This document shows, piece after piece, positions 14,965-29,295 of a DNA stretch of 64,000 nt. Position numbers and translations under genes: made by a program. The notes under the pieces were generated by a model. That model was not told the DNA's origin. It was given only the letters and a program-made list of their open reading frames with translations, and searched no databases. The stretch covers positions 7,378,001 through 7,442,000 of the forward strand of contig NW_027361869.1 in assembly GCF_039654945.1 (NCBI RefSeq), in the 5' to 3' direction. The stretch is from Dendrobates tinctorius. Taxonomy: Eukaryota. Numbering within the stretch: position 1 is the stretch's first letter; every line of letters begins with the position of its first letter.

Positions 14965-17900
14965 TCATACAGCTCTGCATTGACGAGGTGGTGGAACTGT
15001 TCATGCAGTTCTGCAGGGATGAGGTTGTGGCACTGATCATACAGCTCTGCAGGGAGGAGAGGAGGTAGTGGCACAGATCATACAGCCCTGCAGTGATGAG
15101 GTGGTGGCACTGAACATACTTGTTTGCCGGGATGAGGTAGTGGCACTGATTATACAGCTCTGCAGGGATGAGGTGGCGGCACTGAAGATACAGGTCTGCA
15201 GGGATGAGTTGGTTGCACTGATCATAAGGATCTGCAGGGACAAGGTTGTGTCACTGATCTTAAAGCTCTGCAGGGATGAGGTGGTGGCACTGTTCATACA
15301 GTTCTGCAGGGAGGAGGTGGTGGCACTGATCATACAGCTCTGTGTGGATAAGATGGTGGCAATGATCATACAGCTCTGCAGGGAGGAGGTGGTGGCACTG
15401 ATCATACAGCTCTGTGTGGATAAGATGGTGGCAATGATCATACAGCTCTACAGGGAGGAGGTGGTGGCACTGAACATACTTGTTTACAAGGATGAGGTAG
15501 TGGCACTGATCATACAGCTCTGCAGGGATGAGGTGGTGGCACTGACGATACAGCTCTGCAGGGATGAGGTGGTTGCACTGATCATACAGCTCTTTGGGGA
15601 GGAGGCGGTGGCACTGATCATAAGGCTCTGCAGGGACAAGGTTGTGTCACTGATCTTACAGCTCTGCATGGATGAAGTGGTGGCACTGATCATACAGTTC
15701 TGCAGGGAGGAGGTGGTGGCACTGATAATACAGCTCTTCAGGGAGGAGGTGGTGGCACTGATCACACAGCTCTGCAGGGAGTAGGTTGTGGCACTGATAA
15801 TACAGCTCTGTGTGGCTAAGATGGTGGCACTGATCATACAGCTCTGCAGGGAGGAGTTGGTGGCACTGATCATACAGCTCTGCAGGGAAGAGGAGGTGAC
15901 ACTTATCATACAGATCTGCAAGGATGAGGTGTTGGCACTGATCATACAGCTTTGCGGGGACAATGTGGTTGCACTGATCATACACCTCTGCGGTGACAAG
16001 GTGGTGGTACTGATCATACAGCTCTGCATGGAGAAGGTGGTGGCACTGATCACACAGCTCTGAAGGGAATAGTTGGTGGCACTGATCATACAGTTCTGCA
16101 GTGACGATTTGGTGGCACTAATGGTACAGCTCTGCAGGGATGAGGTAGTGGCACAGATCATACAGCTCTGCGGGGACAATGTGGTGACACTGATCATAGA
16201 GCCCTGCAAGGGCCAGGTGGTGGCACTGATCATAAAGATCTGCAGGGAAGAGTTGGTGGCACTGATCATACAGCTCTGCGGGGATAATGTGGTGACACTG
16301 ATCATAGAGCCCTGCAAGGGCCAGGTGGTGGCACTGATCATAAAGATCTGCAGGGAAGAGTTGGTGGCACTGATCATACAGCTCTGCAGGGACGAGGTGT
16401 TGGCACTTATCATACAGCCTTGCGCAGACAAGGTGGTGGCACTGATCATACATCTTTACGGGGACAATTTGGTTGTACTGATTATACATCTCTTTAGGGA
16501 TAAGTTGGAGGCACTGATCATGTGGTTCTGCAAGGATGAGGTTGTGGCACTGATCATACAGCTCTGCAGAGAGGAGGTGGTGGCACTGATAATACAGCTC
16601 TGTGTGGACAATTTGATAGCACTGATCATACATCTCTGCTCGGACAAAGTGGTGGCACTTATGATACAGCTTTGCGGGGACAAGGTGGTGGCACTGAACA
16701 TATAGCTCAGCATGGACAAGGTGGTGGCTCTGATCTTATAGCTTTGCAAGGATGAGGTGGAGGTACTAATCATACTGCTCTGCAGGGAAGAGGTGGTGGC
16801 ACTGATTATACAGCTCAGCGCGGACAAGGTGGTGGCACTGATCAGACAGCTCTACAGGAAGGAGGTGGTGGCACTGAAAATACTTGTTTGCCGGGATGAG
16901 GTAGTGGCACTGAATATACAGCTCTGCAGGGGTGAGGTGGTGGCACTGAAGATACAGTTCTGCAAGGATGAGGTGGTTGCACAGATCATAAGTATCTGCA
17001 GGGACAAGGTTGAGTCACTGATCTTAAAGCTCTGCAGGGATGAGGTGGTGGCACTGATCATACAGTTCTGCGGGGAGGAGGTGGTGGCATTGATCATACA
17101 GCTCTGCAGGGAGGAGGTGGTGGCACTGATCACACAGCTCTGCAGGGAGTAGGTGGTGGCACTGATGATACAGCTCTGTGTGGATAAGATGGTGGCAATG
17201 ATCATGCAGCTCTGCAGGGAGGAGTTGGTGGCACTGATCATACAGCTCTGCAAGGATGAGGTGTTGGCACTGATCATACAGCTTTGCGGGGACAATGTGG
17301 TTGCACTGATTATATATCTCTTTAGGGATAAGTTGGAGGCACTGATCATGCGGTTCTGCAGGGATGAGGTTGTGGCACTGATCATACATCTCTGCGGGGA
17401 CAAGGTGGTGGTACTGATCATACAGCTCTGCAGGGAGGAGGTGGTGGCGCTGAACATACAGCACTGCTGGGAAAGGTGGTGGCACTGAACATACAGCTCA
17501 GCGTGGACAAACTGGTGGTACTGATCAGACAGCTCTACAGGGAGGAGTTGGTGGCACTGATCATACAGCTCTGCAAGGATGAGGTGTTGGCACTGATCAT
17601 ACAGCTTTGCGGGGACAATGTGGTTGCACTGATTATATATCTCTTTAGGGATAAGTTGGAGGCACTGATCATGCGGTTCTGCAGGGATGAGGTTGTGGCA
17701 CTGATCATACATCTCTGCGGGGACAAGGTGGTGGTACTGATCATACAGCTCTGCAGGGAGGAGGTGGTGGCGCTGAACATACAGCACTGCTGGGAAAGGT
17801 GGTGGCACTGAACATACAGCTCAGCGTGGACAAACTGGTGGTACTGATCATACAGCTCTGCAGGGAGGAGTTGGTGGCACTGAACATACAGCACTGCAGG

Positions 17901-18938
17901 GAAAGGTGGTGGCACTGAACATACAGCTCAGCACGGACATAGTGGTGGTACTGATCAGACAGCTCTACAGGGAGGAGGTGGTGGCACTGAACATACTTGT
18001 TTGCAGGGATGAGGTAGTGTCACTGATCTTACAGCTCTGCAGGGATGAGGTGGTGGCACTGAAGATACAGCTCTGCAGGGATGAGGTGGTTGCACTGATC
18101 ATACAGCACTGTGGTGAGGAGGCGGTGGCACTGACCATAAGGCTCTGCAGGGACAAGGTTGTGTCACAGATCTTACAGCTCTGCAGGGATGAGGTGGTGG
18201 CACTAATTATACAGTTCAGCAGGGAGGAGGTGGTGGCACTGATCATACAGCTCTTCAGGGAGGAGGTGGTGGCACTGAACACACAGCTCTGCAGGGAGAA
18301 GTTGGTGGCACTGATCATACAGCTCTGCAGGGAAGAGGTGGTGACACTGATCATACACCTCTGCGGCCACAAGGTGGTGGTACTGATCATACAGCTCTGC
18401 AGGGAGGAGGTGGTGGCACTGATCACACAGCTCTGAAGGGAATAGGTGGTGGCACTGATCATACAGTTCTGCAGTGACGAGGTGGTGGCACTAACCATAC
18501 AGTTCTGAAGTGAGGAGGTGGTGGCACTAATCATACAGCTTTGCAGGGATGAGGTAGTGGCACAGATCGTACAGCTCTGCAGGGAAGAGGTGGTGACACT
18601 GATCATACAGTTTTGCAAGGATGAGGTGTGGCACTGATCATACAGCTTTGCGGGGACAATGTGGTTGCACTGATTATATATATCTTTAGGGATAAGTTGG
18701 AGGCACTGATCATGCGGTTCTGCAGGGATGAGGTTGTGGCACTGATCATACAGCTCTGCGGGGACAAGGTGGTGACACTGATCATACACCTCTGCGGCGA
18801 CAAGGTGGTGGTACTGATCATACAGCTCAACAGGGAGGAGGTGGTGGCACTGATCATACAGCTCTGAAGGGAATAGGTGGTGGCACTGATCATACAGCTC
18901 TGCAGGGAATAGATGGTGGCACTGATCATACGGTTCTG

Positions 18939-19189
18939 ATGATATTGGAGACTGCGGGCAGACAGTCACTGGCGTTCTGTATTACAGAGGGGTAAGGTCG
19001 GGGGAAGACGTATACAGTTGTGTGTCATCAGCATAAAGATGGTACCGAAAGCCAAATTTGCTGATGGTCTGTCCAATTGGGGCTGTATAGAGAGGGAAGA
19101 GATGGGGGCCAAGGACTGAGCCCTGAGGTACCCAGACAGCAAGAGGAAGAGGAGATGAAGTGGAGCCAGCGAACAAAACACTGAAGAAC
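18939..19189 (-). mobile_element. L2 RT fragment, copy 3
   Basis: ORF 18982-19440(-) contains VPQGSVLGP...[12 protein letters not shown]. Confidence 0.9.
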
Positions 19190-20711
19190 TCTGCAGGGAC
19201 GAGGTGGTGGCACCGATCATACAGGTCAGCAGGGACGAGGTGGTGGCACTCATTATAGAGCTCTGCCGGGATGAAGTGGTGGCACTGATCATACACCTCT
19301 GCAGCGACAAGGTGGTGGTACGGATCATACAGCTCTGCGAGGACCAGGTGGTGGCACTGATCATACACCTCTGCAGGGACGAGGAGGTGGCACTGATCAT
19401 ACACCTCTGCGGGGACAATGTGGTGACACTGATTATACACGTCTGTGGCGACAAGGTGCTGGTGCTGATCATACAGCTCTGCAGGGAGGAGGTGGTGGCA
19501 CTGATCATACAGCTCTGAAGGGAATAGGTGGTGGCACTGATCATAAAGTTCTGCAGTGACGAGGTGGTGGCACTAATCATACAGCTCAGCAGGGAGGAGG
19601 TGGTGGCACTGATCATACAGCTCAGCAGGGAGGAGGTGGTGACACTGATTATACAGCTCTGCAGGGATGAGGTAGTGGCACAGATCCTACAGACCTGCAG
19701 GGACAAGGTGGTGGCACTGATCATACAGCTTTGCGGGGACAATGTGGTTGCACTGATTATACATCTCTTTAGGTATAAGTTGGAGGCACTGATCATGCGG
19801 TTCTGAAGGGATGAGGTTGTGGCACTGATCATACAGCTCTGCAGGGATGAGGTAGTGGCACAGATCATACAGCTCTGCAGAGAGGAGATGGTGACACTGA
19901 TTATACAGCTTTGCAGTGAGGATATGGTGGCACTGATCATACAGCTCTGCGGGGACAATTTGATGGCACTGATCATACAGCTCTGCTCGGACAAAGTGTT
20001 GGCACTTATGATACAGCTTTGTGGGGACAAGGTGGTGGCACTGATCATACAGCTCTGCAGTGACGAGTTCGTGGCACTGATTATGCAGTTCTGCAGGCAT
20101 GAGGTAGTGGCACCGATCATACAGCTCTGCAGGGATGATTCAGTATCACAGATCATACAGCCCTGCAGGGATGAAGTGGTGGCACTGATCATACAGCTCT
20201 GCAGGGAAACGTTGGTGACACTGATCATACACCTCTGTGGCGACAAGGTGGTGGTACTGATCATACAGCTCTGCAAGGACCAGGTGGTGGCATTGATCAT
20301 AAAGCTCTGCAGGGATGAGGTGGTGGCACTGATCATACAGCTCTGCAGAGAGGAGGTGGTGGCACTGATTATACAGCTTTACAGGAAGGAGATGGTGGCA
20401 CTGATCATACAGCTCTGTGGGGACAATTTGATGGCACTGATCATACAGCTCTGCTCGGACAAAGTAGTGGCACTTATAATACAGCTTTGCGGGGACAAGG
20501 TGGTGGCACTGAACATATAGCTCAGCGTGGACAAGGTGGTGGCTCTGATCTTAAAGCTCTATAAGGATTAGGTGGAGGTACTAATCATACAGCTCTGCAG
20601 GGAGGAGGTGGTGGCCCTGATCATACAGCTCTGCGGGGACAAGGTGGTGGCACTGATCATGTAGCCCTGAGCGGAGGACGTGGTGGCACTGATCATACAG
20701 CTCTGCAAGGA

Positions 20712-20876
20712 AAAAATAACTCGAAGATGGATGGGAATGAGAAATCCCACAGGATAAAAAAGATGCTACATGAATGATAAAAATAATAACAATGATAATA
20801 ATAAATGGCACAATTTTTATTTTTTTAAATAAAGATGCCTTTATTAAAATATTGACACAACAATTAAGTGCATAAA

Positions 20877-20907
<31 letters not shown>

Positions 20908-21244
20908 TATATATTAGAGTATACAATCACATTAGCCATGTGTTTATGGATAATGGAAAACCAATCCATATCAAAAATTCTTAATTAATGAACCAGGTAC
21001 AAAAATGCATATATATAGAGACACAAGGATAATTATATAAAAAGAAAATAAATATATGTATAATGAATGTGCCCAAAGTGCAGAGGTGCAGCTGTGCAAA
21101 AAATTCAAATCGCACTAAGGCGTGTGCAACAAAACACAAAGTGTAAAATACCTGTAAGCCGATTGACGCTACGTGAGTTGTATAAGAACATGCCCCGACG
21201 GGCGTTTCGGAAATAAATCTCCTTCGTCAGGTGGATAGATACGC
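20712..21244 (-). mobile_element. Same AT-rich insert, copy 4
   Basis: Near-identical to the other copies with the same flanks. Confidence 0.55.
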
Positions 21245-22577
21245 CTGCAAGGAGTAGGCGGTGGCACTGATCATACAGCTCTGCGGGGACTAGGTGGTGG
21301 TAATGATCATACAGCTCTGTGCTGACCAACTGGTGGCACTGATCATACAGCTTTGCGGTGACAATGTGGTGGCACTGATTATACAGTTCGGCGGCGACAG
21401 GGTGGTGACACTGATCATACAGCTCTGCATGGAAAGGTGGTGGCACTGAACAAACAGCTCTGCAGGGAAAAGGTGGTGGCACTGAACATACAGCTCAGCG
21501 CGGACAAGGTGGTGGCACTGATCAGACAGCTCTACAGGGAGGAGGTGGTGGCACTGACCATACTTGTTTGCCGGGATAAGTTAGTGGCACTGATTATACA
21601 GCTCTGCAGTGAGAGGTGGTGGCACTGAAGATACAGCTCTACAGGGATGAGGTGGTTGCACTGATCATAAGGATCTGCAGGGACAAGGTTGTGTCACTGA
21701 TCTTAAAGCTCTGCAGGGATGAGGTGGTGGCACTGATCATACAGTTCTGCAGGGAGGAGGTGGTGGCACTGATCATACAGCTCTGTGTGGATAAGATGGT
21801 GGCAATGATCATACAGCTCTGCAGGGAGGAGTTGGTGGCACTGATCATACAGCTCTGCAAGGATGAGGTGTTGGCACTGATCATACAGCTTTGCGGGGAC
21901 AATGTGGTTGCACTGATTATATATCTCTTTAGGGATAAGTTGGAGGCACTGATCATGCGGTTCTGCAGGGAAAAGGTGGTGGCACTGAACATACAGCTCA
22001 GCGAGGACAAGGAGGTGGTACTGATCAGACAGCTCTACAGGGAGGAGGTGGTGGCACTGAACATACTTGTTTACAGGGATGAGGTAGTAGCACTGATCAT
22101 ACAGCTCTGCAGGGATGAGGTGGTTGCACTGATCATACAGCTCTTTGGGAAGGAGGCGGTGGCACTGATCATAAGGCTCTGCAGGGACCAGGTTGTGTCA
22201 CTGATCTTACAGCTCTGCATGGATGAGGTGGTGGCACTGATCATACAGTTCTGCAGGGAGGAGGTGGTGGCACTGATCATACAGCTTTGCGGGGACAATG
22301 TGGTTGCACTGATTATATATGTCTTTAGGGATAAGTTGGAGGCACTGATCATGCGGTTCTGCAGGGATGAGGTTGTGGCACTGATCATACTGCTCTGCGG
22401 GGACAAGGTGGTGACACTGATCATACACCTCTGCGGCGACAAGGTGGTGGTACTGATCATACAGCTCTGCAGGGAGGAGGTGGTGGCACTGATCACACAG
22501 CTCTGAAGGGAATAGGTGGTGGCACTGATCATACAGCTCTGCAGGGAATAGATGGTGGCACTGATCATAGAGTTCTG

Positions 22578-22828
22578 ATGATATTGGAGACTGCGGACAG
22601 ACTGTCACTGGCGTTCTGTATTACAGAGGGGTAAGGTCGGGGGAAGACGTATACAGTTGTGTGTCATCAGCATAAAGATGGTTCCGAAAGCCAAATTTGC
22701 TGATGGTCTGTCCAATTGGGGCTGTATAGAGCAAGAAGAGATGGGGGCCAAGGACTGAGCCCTGAGGTACCCAGAAAGCAAGAGGAAGAGGAGATGAAGT
22801 GGAGCCAGCGAACAAAACACTGAAGAAC
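22578..22828 (-). mobile_element. L2 RT fragment, copy 4
   Basis: ORF 22621-23034(-) contains VPQGSVLGP...[10 protein letters not shown]. Confidence 0.9.
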
Positions 22829-23025
22829 TCTGCAGAGACGAGGTGGTGGCACCGATTATACAGGTCAGCAGGGACGAGGTGGTGGCACTCATTATAGAGC
22901 TCTGCAGGGATGAAGTGGTGGCACTGATCATACAGCTCTGCGGGGAGGAGGAGGTGGCACTGATCATACAGGCCAAAATTGGGGTACTGGGTATGGCATG
23001 CGGATGGAGAGCACATTGATGCTGG

Positions 23026-23184
<159 letters not shown>

Positions 23185-23508
23185 TCATACAGCTCTGCAT
23201 TGACGAGGTGGTGGAACTGTTCATGCAGTTCTGCAGGGATGAGGTTGTGGCACTGATCATACAGCTCTGCAGGGAGGAGAGGAGGTAGTGGCACAGATCA
23301 TACAGCCCTGCAGTGACGAGGTGGTGGCACTGATCATACAGTTCTGCAGGGACAAGGTGGTGACACTGATCATACACCTCTGCAGCGACAAGGTGGTGGT
23401 ACTTATCATACAGCTCTGCGAGGACCAGGTGGTGGCACTGATCATAAAGCTCTGCAGAGAGGAGGTGGTGGCACTGATTAGACAGCTTTGCAGGGAGGAG
23501 ATGTTGGC

Positions 23509-24305
23509 TGTTGTGAGTTCATTTTCCCCTTCACTACTGAGGCCCGATGAACTCCCTCTTCTGGTAAAGAAAGGTAGTGAGCCTGATTATCAAACACCTG
23601 AGCCTAATGATGATGACTGGCTGAGTGGAGTTACTGACTGGATATAAGGCCGCCGACGCCCTTCTGCCCTGCGGGTGATTTCTCTGTGGGATCCTTGGAG
23701 ACCAGTCTGAATTCCTGCTCTTCTAAAGCTAAGTTTTCTGCTCGGCTTTTTGCATTTGTGCTTTGACTTTGTTTTGCTTTGTTTTTCTGGATTTCTGCCA
23801 TTCCCTGCTGGGGTGAGCTGAATTCCTTTAGCTCTGTCTTCTGAAAATACCTTAGTGCTGATTTAGTTTTTGAAGCCTAGCTGCTTCAGGGTCTTTTTCC
23901 ATATCAGCTTGTTGGCTTATGTCTTTGATATGGTTTTGGCAGATTGCAGACAGCAACCTTCCTTTCCTGTTCTGTTTAGTTAGCTTGGGCCCCATCGTTT
24001 GCTCAGCCAATCTTTCTATCTGTGTGAGTGTTTTTTCATCTTGCTTCACCGTCATTATATGTTGGGGGCTGCCTTTTACTTTGGGGTCTGCTCTGGGGCA
24101 GTTTAGATTTCCTTTTCTGTCTTTAGGCTATTTAGCTCTCCGGCTGTGATTGAGGGGTCTAGGGCACCGTAGGAACCCCCCACGGCTACTGGTAGTTGTG
24201 TTGATAGGTTCAGGGGTCTGCAGTCTGATAGTTGCCAACTTCTCTGGTTTTCTGGACGTAGCTTCTATTTTTGTGTCTGCCTCCTACGGTGACTCAATCA
24301 TAACA
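23509..24305 (+). repeat. 5' LTR
   Basis: TGTTGTGAG...TCATAACA. TATAA at 23643-23647. About 20 mismatches to the 3' LTR counted by eye. Confidence 0.95.
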
Positions 24306-24316
24306 GAATCACCCGC
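24306..24316 (+). promoter_or_regulatory. Primer-binding site, self-priming type (GAATCACCCGC)
   Basis: Directly follows the 5' LTR, lacks the TGG of tRNA-type PBS, and is complementary to LTR 23671-23681 (GCGGGTGATTT). Confidence 0.8.
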
Positions 24317-24440
24317 CATACCGCAGATCCTAGGGTACTCAATAGCAGGAAAGAATTGTAAAAAAAAAAAAAAAAAAAAGTGTGTATATTTTTTCCTCTA
24401 TATCTCTGAGGCCGTAGGGGGATTTTTTTTTTTTCTCTCA

Positions 24441-27400
24441 ATGGAGATAAAGCAATTGTCTGATCGTGTGGAGCAGCTCGCTGCGGAAGTGCGTGGAATT
24501 TCCGCCTACCTTGCTCATTCACATGCTGCTGAACCAAAGATTCCTACACCTGATGTATTTTTTGGGGATCGGTCTAAATTTTTGAATTTCAAAAATAATT
24601 GTAAATTATTTTTTGCCTTGAAGCCTAACTCGTCAGGGAGCTCCGCGCAGCAGGTTAAAATTGTCATCTCTTTGCTGCGTGGCGATCCCCAGGATTGGGC
24701 GTTTTCTTTGAAACCAGATGATCCTTTTCTGACTAATGTGAACGCATTTTTTCAAGCCTTGGGGTTGTTGTATGACAAACCTAATGCCATTGATCAGGCT
24801 GAAAAGACCCTGCTGGCATTGAACCAGGATCGAGATTCTGCAGAATTGTACTGTCAAAAATTCCGAAAATGGGCAGTACTTACTACCTGGAATGATAATG
24901 TCTTGGCTGCTCTCTTTCGGAAGGGGTTGTCAGAAGCCGTAAAAGATACTATGGTGGGATTTCCTGTTCCCTCTGGTCTTGACGATTCTATGTCATTAGC
25001 TATTCAGGTTGATCGGCGTTTGCGCGAACGCAAAACTGCACGAGAGGTGTTGCCACCTGTTGAACAAATGTCTGAACCTATGCAATGTGATAGAGTTTTG
25101 TCCAGAGAGCAGCGTCAGGAGTTCAGAAGGCGTAATAAGTTGTGTTTTTTTTTCTGTGGAGATGCCTCGCATGTTATTTCTGTCTGCCCTAAACGAGAGA
25201 AACGCTTTGCACACACGTTTTCTGTTGGTAGTGTTCAACCTAAGTTTCTTCTGGCTATTACTCTGATCTGCTCCCTGTCCACATTTTCCGCCAAGGCTTT
25301 TGTGGATTCGGGAGCAGCCCTAAACCTAATGGACTTGGATTTTGCTAAACGTTGTGGATTTCCGATGACACCTCTGCAGACGCCTATCCCTTTGAGGGGG
25401 ATTGATGCTACTCCTTTGGCTAAAAATAAACCTCAGTTTTGGACCCAGGTGGTAATGCGGGTCGCCCCAGACCATCAAGAAAATTGCAGATTTTTGGTGT
25501 TGCATAATCTGCATGATACTATTGTTCTGGGGTTTCCCTGGTTACAAATTCATAATCCAGTTTTGGATTGGAAATCTGTGTCTATGGTGAGTTGGGGTTG
25601 TCGGTGTGCCTTTAGTGAGGCTCCGGTGTTTTCCACCTCTCCTCAGTCGCATGATGTTCCTGATTATTTGGCGGACTTTTATGATGTATTTAGTGAGAAT
25701 GAGTCTGCGTCTCTGCCTCCTCATAGGAGTTATCACTGTGCAATTGAACTGAGCCCGGGGTGTAAATTTCCCAAGGGTCGGCTCTTCAATTTATCTGTAC
25801 CCGAGCATGAGGCTATGCGATCCTATATTAAGGAGGCGTTGGAGAAGGGTCATATTAGACCATCCTCGTCACCCTTAGGTGCCGGGTTTTTTTTTGTAGC
25901 CAAAAAGGATGGATCATTAAGACCTTGTATTGATTATCGTGCCCTCAACAAAATTACTGTTAAATATCAGTATCCGTTACCCCTGATTTCTGATCTATTC
26001 TCCAGAGTTAAAGGTGCTTGCTGGTTTACCAAGCTTGACCTCAGGGGGGCGTATAATCTTATTCGCATTAAGCATGGGGATGAATGGAAGACGGCGTTTA
26101 ATACTCCGGAGGGACATTTTGAGTACCTGGTGATGCCTTTTGGGCTCACTAATGCCCCTTCTGTCTTCCAGTGCTTCATGAACGATATTTTCTGAGATTT
26201 TGTCGATAAATTTTTGATTATCTATCTGGATGATATTTTGATCTTCTCCAAGGACTGGGATTCTCATGTGGAACATATTCGGACTGTGTTCCGGATCTTG
26301 AGGGAGAATTCCCTGTATGTCAAAGGATCTAAATGTCTTTTTGGAGTACAGAGGATTTCTTTTTTGGGATTTATTTTGTCCCCGTCAACTATTGAAATGG
26401 ACCCGGCCAAGGTACAGGCCATTTACGATTGGGTTCAGCCCACTTCTTTGAAGGCCCTCCAGAAGTTTTTGGGTTTTGCTAATTTTTATCGGAAATTTAT
26501 AGCAAAATTTTCTAGTATTGCCAAGCCATTGACTGATTTGACTAAGAAGGGTGCTGATGTGTTAAATTGGTCTCCGGAGGCTGTTTCTTCCTTTCAGGAG
26601 CTGAAGCGAAGATTCACCTCCGCCCCGGTTTTGCGGCAACCTGATGTCTCACTTCCGTTCCAGGTAGAGGTGGATGCTTCTGAGATTGGTGCAGGAGCTG
26701 TTTTGTCCCAAAAGGATCCTGTAACATCTAAAATGAATCCCTGTGCTTTCTTTTCCCGAAAGTTCTCTCCATCTGAACGTAACTATGATGTGGGGAATCG
26801 GGAACTGTTGGCCATGAAAGGGGCATTTGAGGAGTGGAGACATTGGTTGGAGGGAGCTAAGCATCAAGTCGTGGTCCTCACTGACCACAAGAATTTGATT
26901 TACCTAGAGTCGGCTAAGCGCTTGAGCCCTAGACAGGCTAGGTGGGCCTTGTTTTTTTACACGTTTTGATTTTGTGGTTTCTTTTCTTCCTGGAACTAAG
27001 AATGTCAAGGCAGACGCCCTCTCTAGGAGCTTCTTTGCTGATTCTCCTGTGGTGACCAAGCCTGCTACCATCTTAGGCGAAGGGGTAGTTCTTTCTGCCA
27101 TCTTGCCCGATTTGAGACGTGCTCTGGAAGAGTTCCAGGAGGACAAACCTGAGCGTTGTCCCAGTGGAAAGTTGTATGTTCCTGACCAGTGGAAGAAGAG
27201 AGTGATGTCTGAAGTTCATTGCTCTGCTTTGGCTGGTCATCCAGGTATTTTTTTTACTAGACATCTGGTGAGTCGATCTTTTTGGTGGCCCTCCTTGTCT
27301 CGTGATGTCAGGAATTTTGTGCAGTCCTGTGGGACGTGCTCCCGGTCTAAATCGTGTTCTCGCTCTAGTGGGTTGTTGATGCCTTTGCCTGTCCCCAAGA

Positions 27401-28637
27401 GGCCATGGACCCATATTTCAATGGATTTCATCTCTGATATGCCTGTCTCTCAAAGGATGACTGTTATTTGGGTGATTTGTGATAGGTTCTCTAAGATGGT
27501 TCATCTTGTACCACTCCCTAAGTTGCCGTCTTCCTCTGAGTTGGTGCCCCTGTTTTTGCAACAGGTGGTTCGCTTGCAAGGGATTCCTGAGAACATTGTA
27601 TCTGACAGAGGAGTTCAGTTTGTGTCTAGATTTTGGAGAACTTTCTGTTCCAAGCTGGGAATTCAGTTGTCCTTCTCCACTGCTTTTCACCATCAGACCA
27701 ATGGGCAGACAGAGAGAACAAACCAGACCTTTGAGTCATATTTGAGATGTTTTATTTCTGCTGATCAGGATGATTGGGTTTCATTTTTGCCCTTGGCCAA
27801 ATTTGCTTTAAATAATGGAGCTAGTTCTGCCACTTTGATGTCACCTTTTTTTGTAACTTTGGGTTTCATCCTCGATTTTCTTCAGGGCAGGTGGAGCCCT
27901 CTGCCTGCCCAGGTGTTGACACTGTGGTGGAGAGAATGCACCAGATCTGGGACCAAGTGGTGGATAAGTTATCTCTCTCCCAGGAAAAGGCCCAGCGGTT
28001 TTCCAACCGACATAGGACCATTGGTCCCCAGTTTAAGGTTGGTGATATGGTGTGGTTATCATCAATAAATATTGCTATGAAGGTGGCTCCTCCTAAGTTT
28101 AAGCCTAGATTTATTGGACCTTACAAGATTTTGGAGATTATTAATCCGTTCTCTTTTCGTTTGGCTCTTCCTGTCACATTTAAAATCCATAATGTGTTCC
28201 ATAAATCTTTGTTGAAGAGGTTTGTTGAACCTGTTGTTCCGGGGGTGGCACCTCCAGACCCTGTATTGGTTGAAGGTAACATGGAATATGAGGTAGAGAA
28301 AGTACTGGATTCCCGTCTGGCTAGACGGAGACTCCAGTATTTGGTTAAGTGGAAGGGTTATGGTCAGGAGGATAATTCCTGGGTCTCTGCCTCTGATATT
28401 CATGCCAAAAGATTGGTGCGTGCCTTTCATCGGTCTCACCCGGATCGCCCTGGTGGCATGGATGAGGGTTCGGTGACCCCTCCTCAAGGGGGAGGTACTG
28501 TTGTGAGTTCATTTTCCCCTTCACTACTGAGGCCCGATGAACTCCCTCTTCTGGTAAAGAAAGGTAGTGAGCCTGATTATCAAGCACCTGAGCCTAATGA
28601 TGATGACTGGCTGAGTGGAGTTACTGACTGGATATAA
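24441..28637 (+). pseudogene. gag-pol polyprotein (gag with CCHC knuckle, protease DSGA, RT YLDD, RNase H DAS, integrase HHCC/DDE, GPY/F, chromodomain), disrupted
   Basis: ORFs 24150-26195, 26214-26969, 26974-28068 and 27891-28637. In-frame TGA at 26193-26195 (likely CGA>TGA). Frameshifts at poly-T runs near 26955 and 27850. Chromodomain EYEVEKVLDSR...YLVKWKGY...NSW. The last ORF reads into the 3' LTR. Confidence 0.93.
28486..28495 (+). promoter_or_regulatory. Polypurine tract
   Basis: AAGGGGGAGG ending 3 nt before the 3' LTR. Confidence 0.85.
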
Positions 28638-29295
28638 GGCCGCCGACGCCCTTCTGCCCTGCGGGTGAATTCTCTGTGGGATCCTTGGAGACCAGTCTGA
28701 ATTCCTGCTCTTCTAAAGCTAAGTTTTCTGCTCGGCTTTTTGCATTTGTGCTTTGACTTTGTTTTGCTTTGTTTTTCTGGATTTCTGCCATTCCCTGATG
28801 GGGTGAGCTGAATTCCTTTAGCTCTGTCTTCTGAAAATAACTGAGTGCTGATTTAGTTTTTGAAGCCTAGCTGCTTCAGGGTCTTTTTCCATATCAGCTT
28901 GTTGGCTTATGTCTTTGATAGGGTTTTGGCAGATTGCAGACAGCAACCTTTCTTTCCTGTTCTGTTTAGTTAGCTTGGGCCCCATCGTTTGCTCAGCCTA
29001 TATTTCTATCTGTGTGAGTGTTTTTTCATCTTGCTTCAGCGTCATTATATGTTGGGGGCTGCCTTTTACTTTGGGGTCTGCTCTGGGGCAGTTTAGATTT
29101 CCTTTTCTGTCTTTAGCCTAATTAGCTCTCCGGCTGTGATCGAGGGGTCTAGGGCACCGTAGGAATCCCCCACGGCTACTGCTAGTTGTGTTGATAGGTT
29201 CAGGGGTATTCAATCTGATAGTTGCCAACTTCTCTTTTTTTCTGGACGTAGCTTCTATTTTTGTGTCTGCCTCCTACGGTGACTCAATCATACCA
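28499..29295 (+). repeat. 3' LTR
   Basis: Direct repeat of 23509-24305, same length, ends TCATACCA. Confidence 0.95.

Larger units (their letters stand above)
23509..29295 (+). mobile_element. Full-length Ty3/Gypsy LTR retrotransposon, chromovirus (Tf1/sushi group), decayed
   Basis: Two 797-bp LTRs (TG...CA), domain order gag-PR-RT-RH-IN-chromodomain, PPT, flanking duplication GTTGGC (23503-23508, 29296-29301). Confidence 0.97.
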
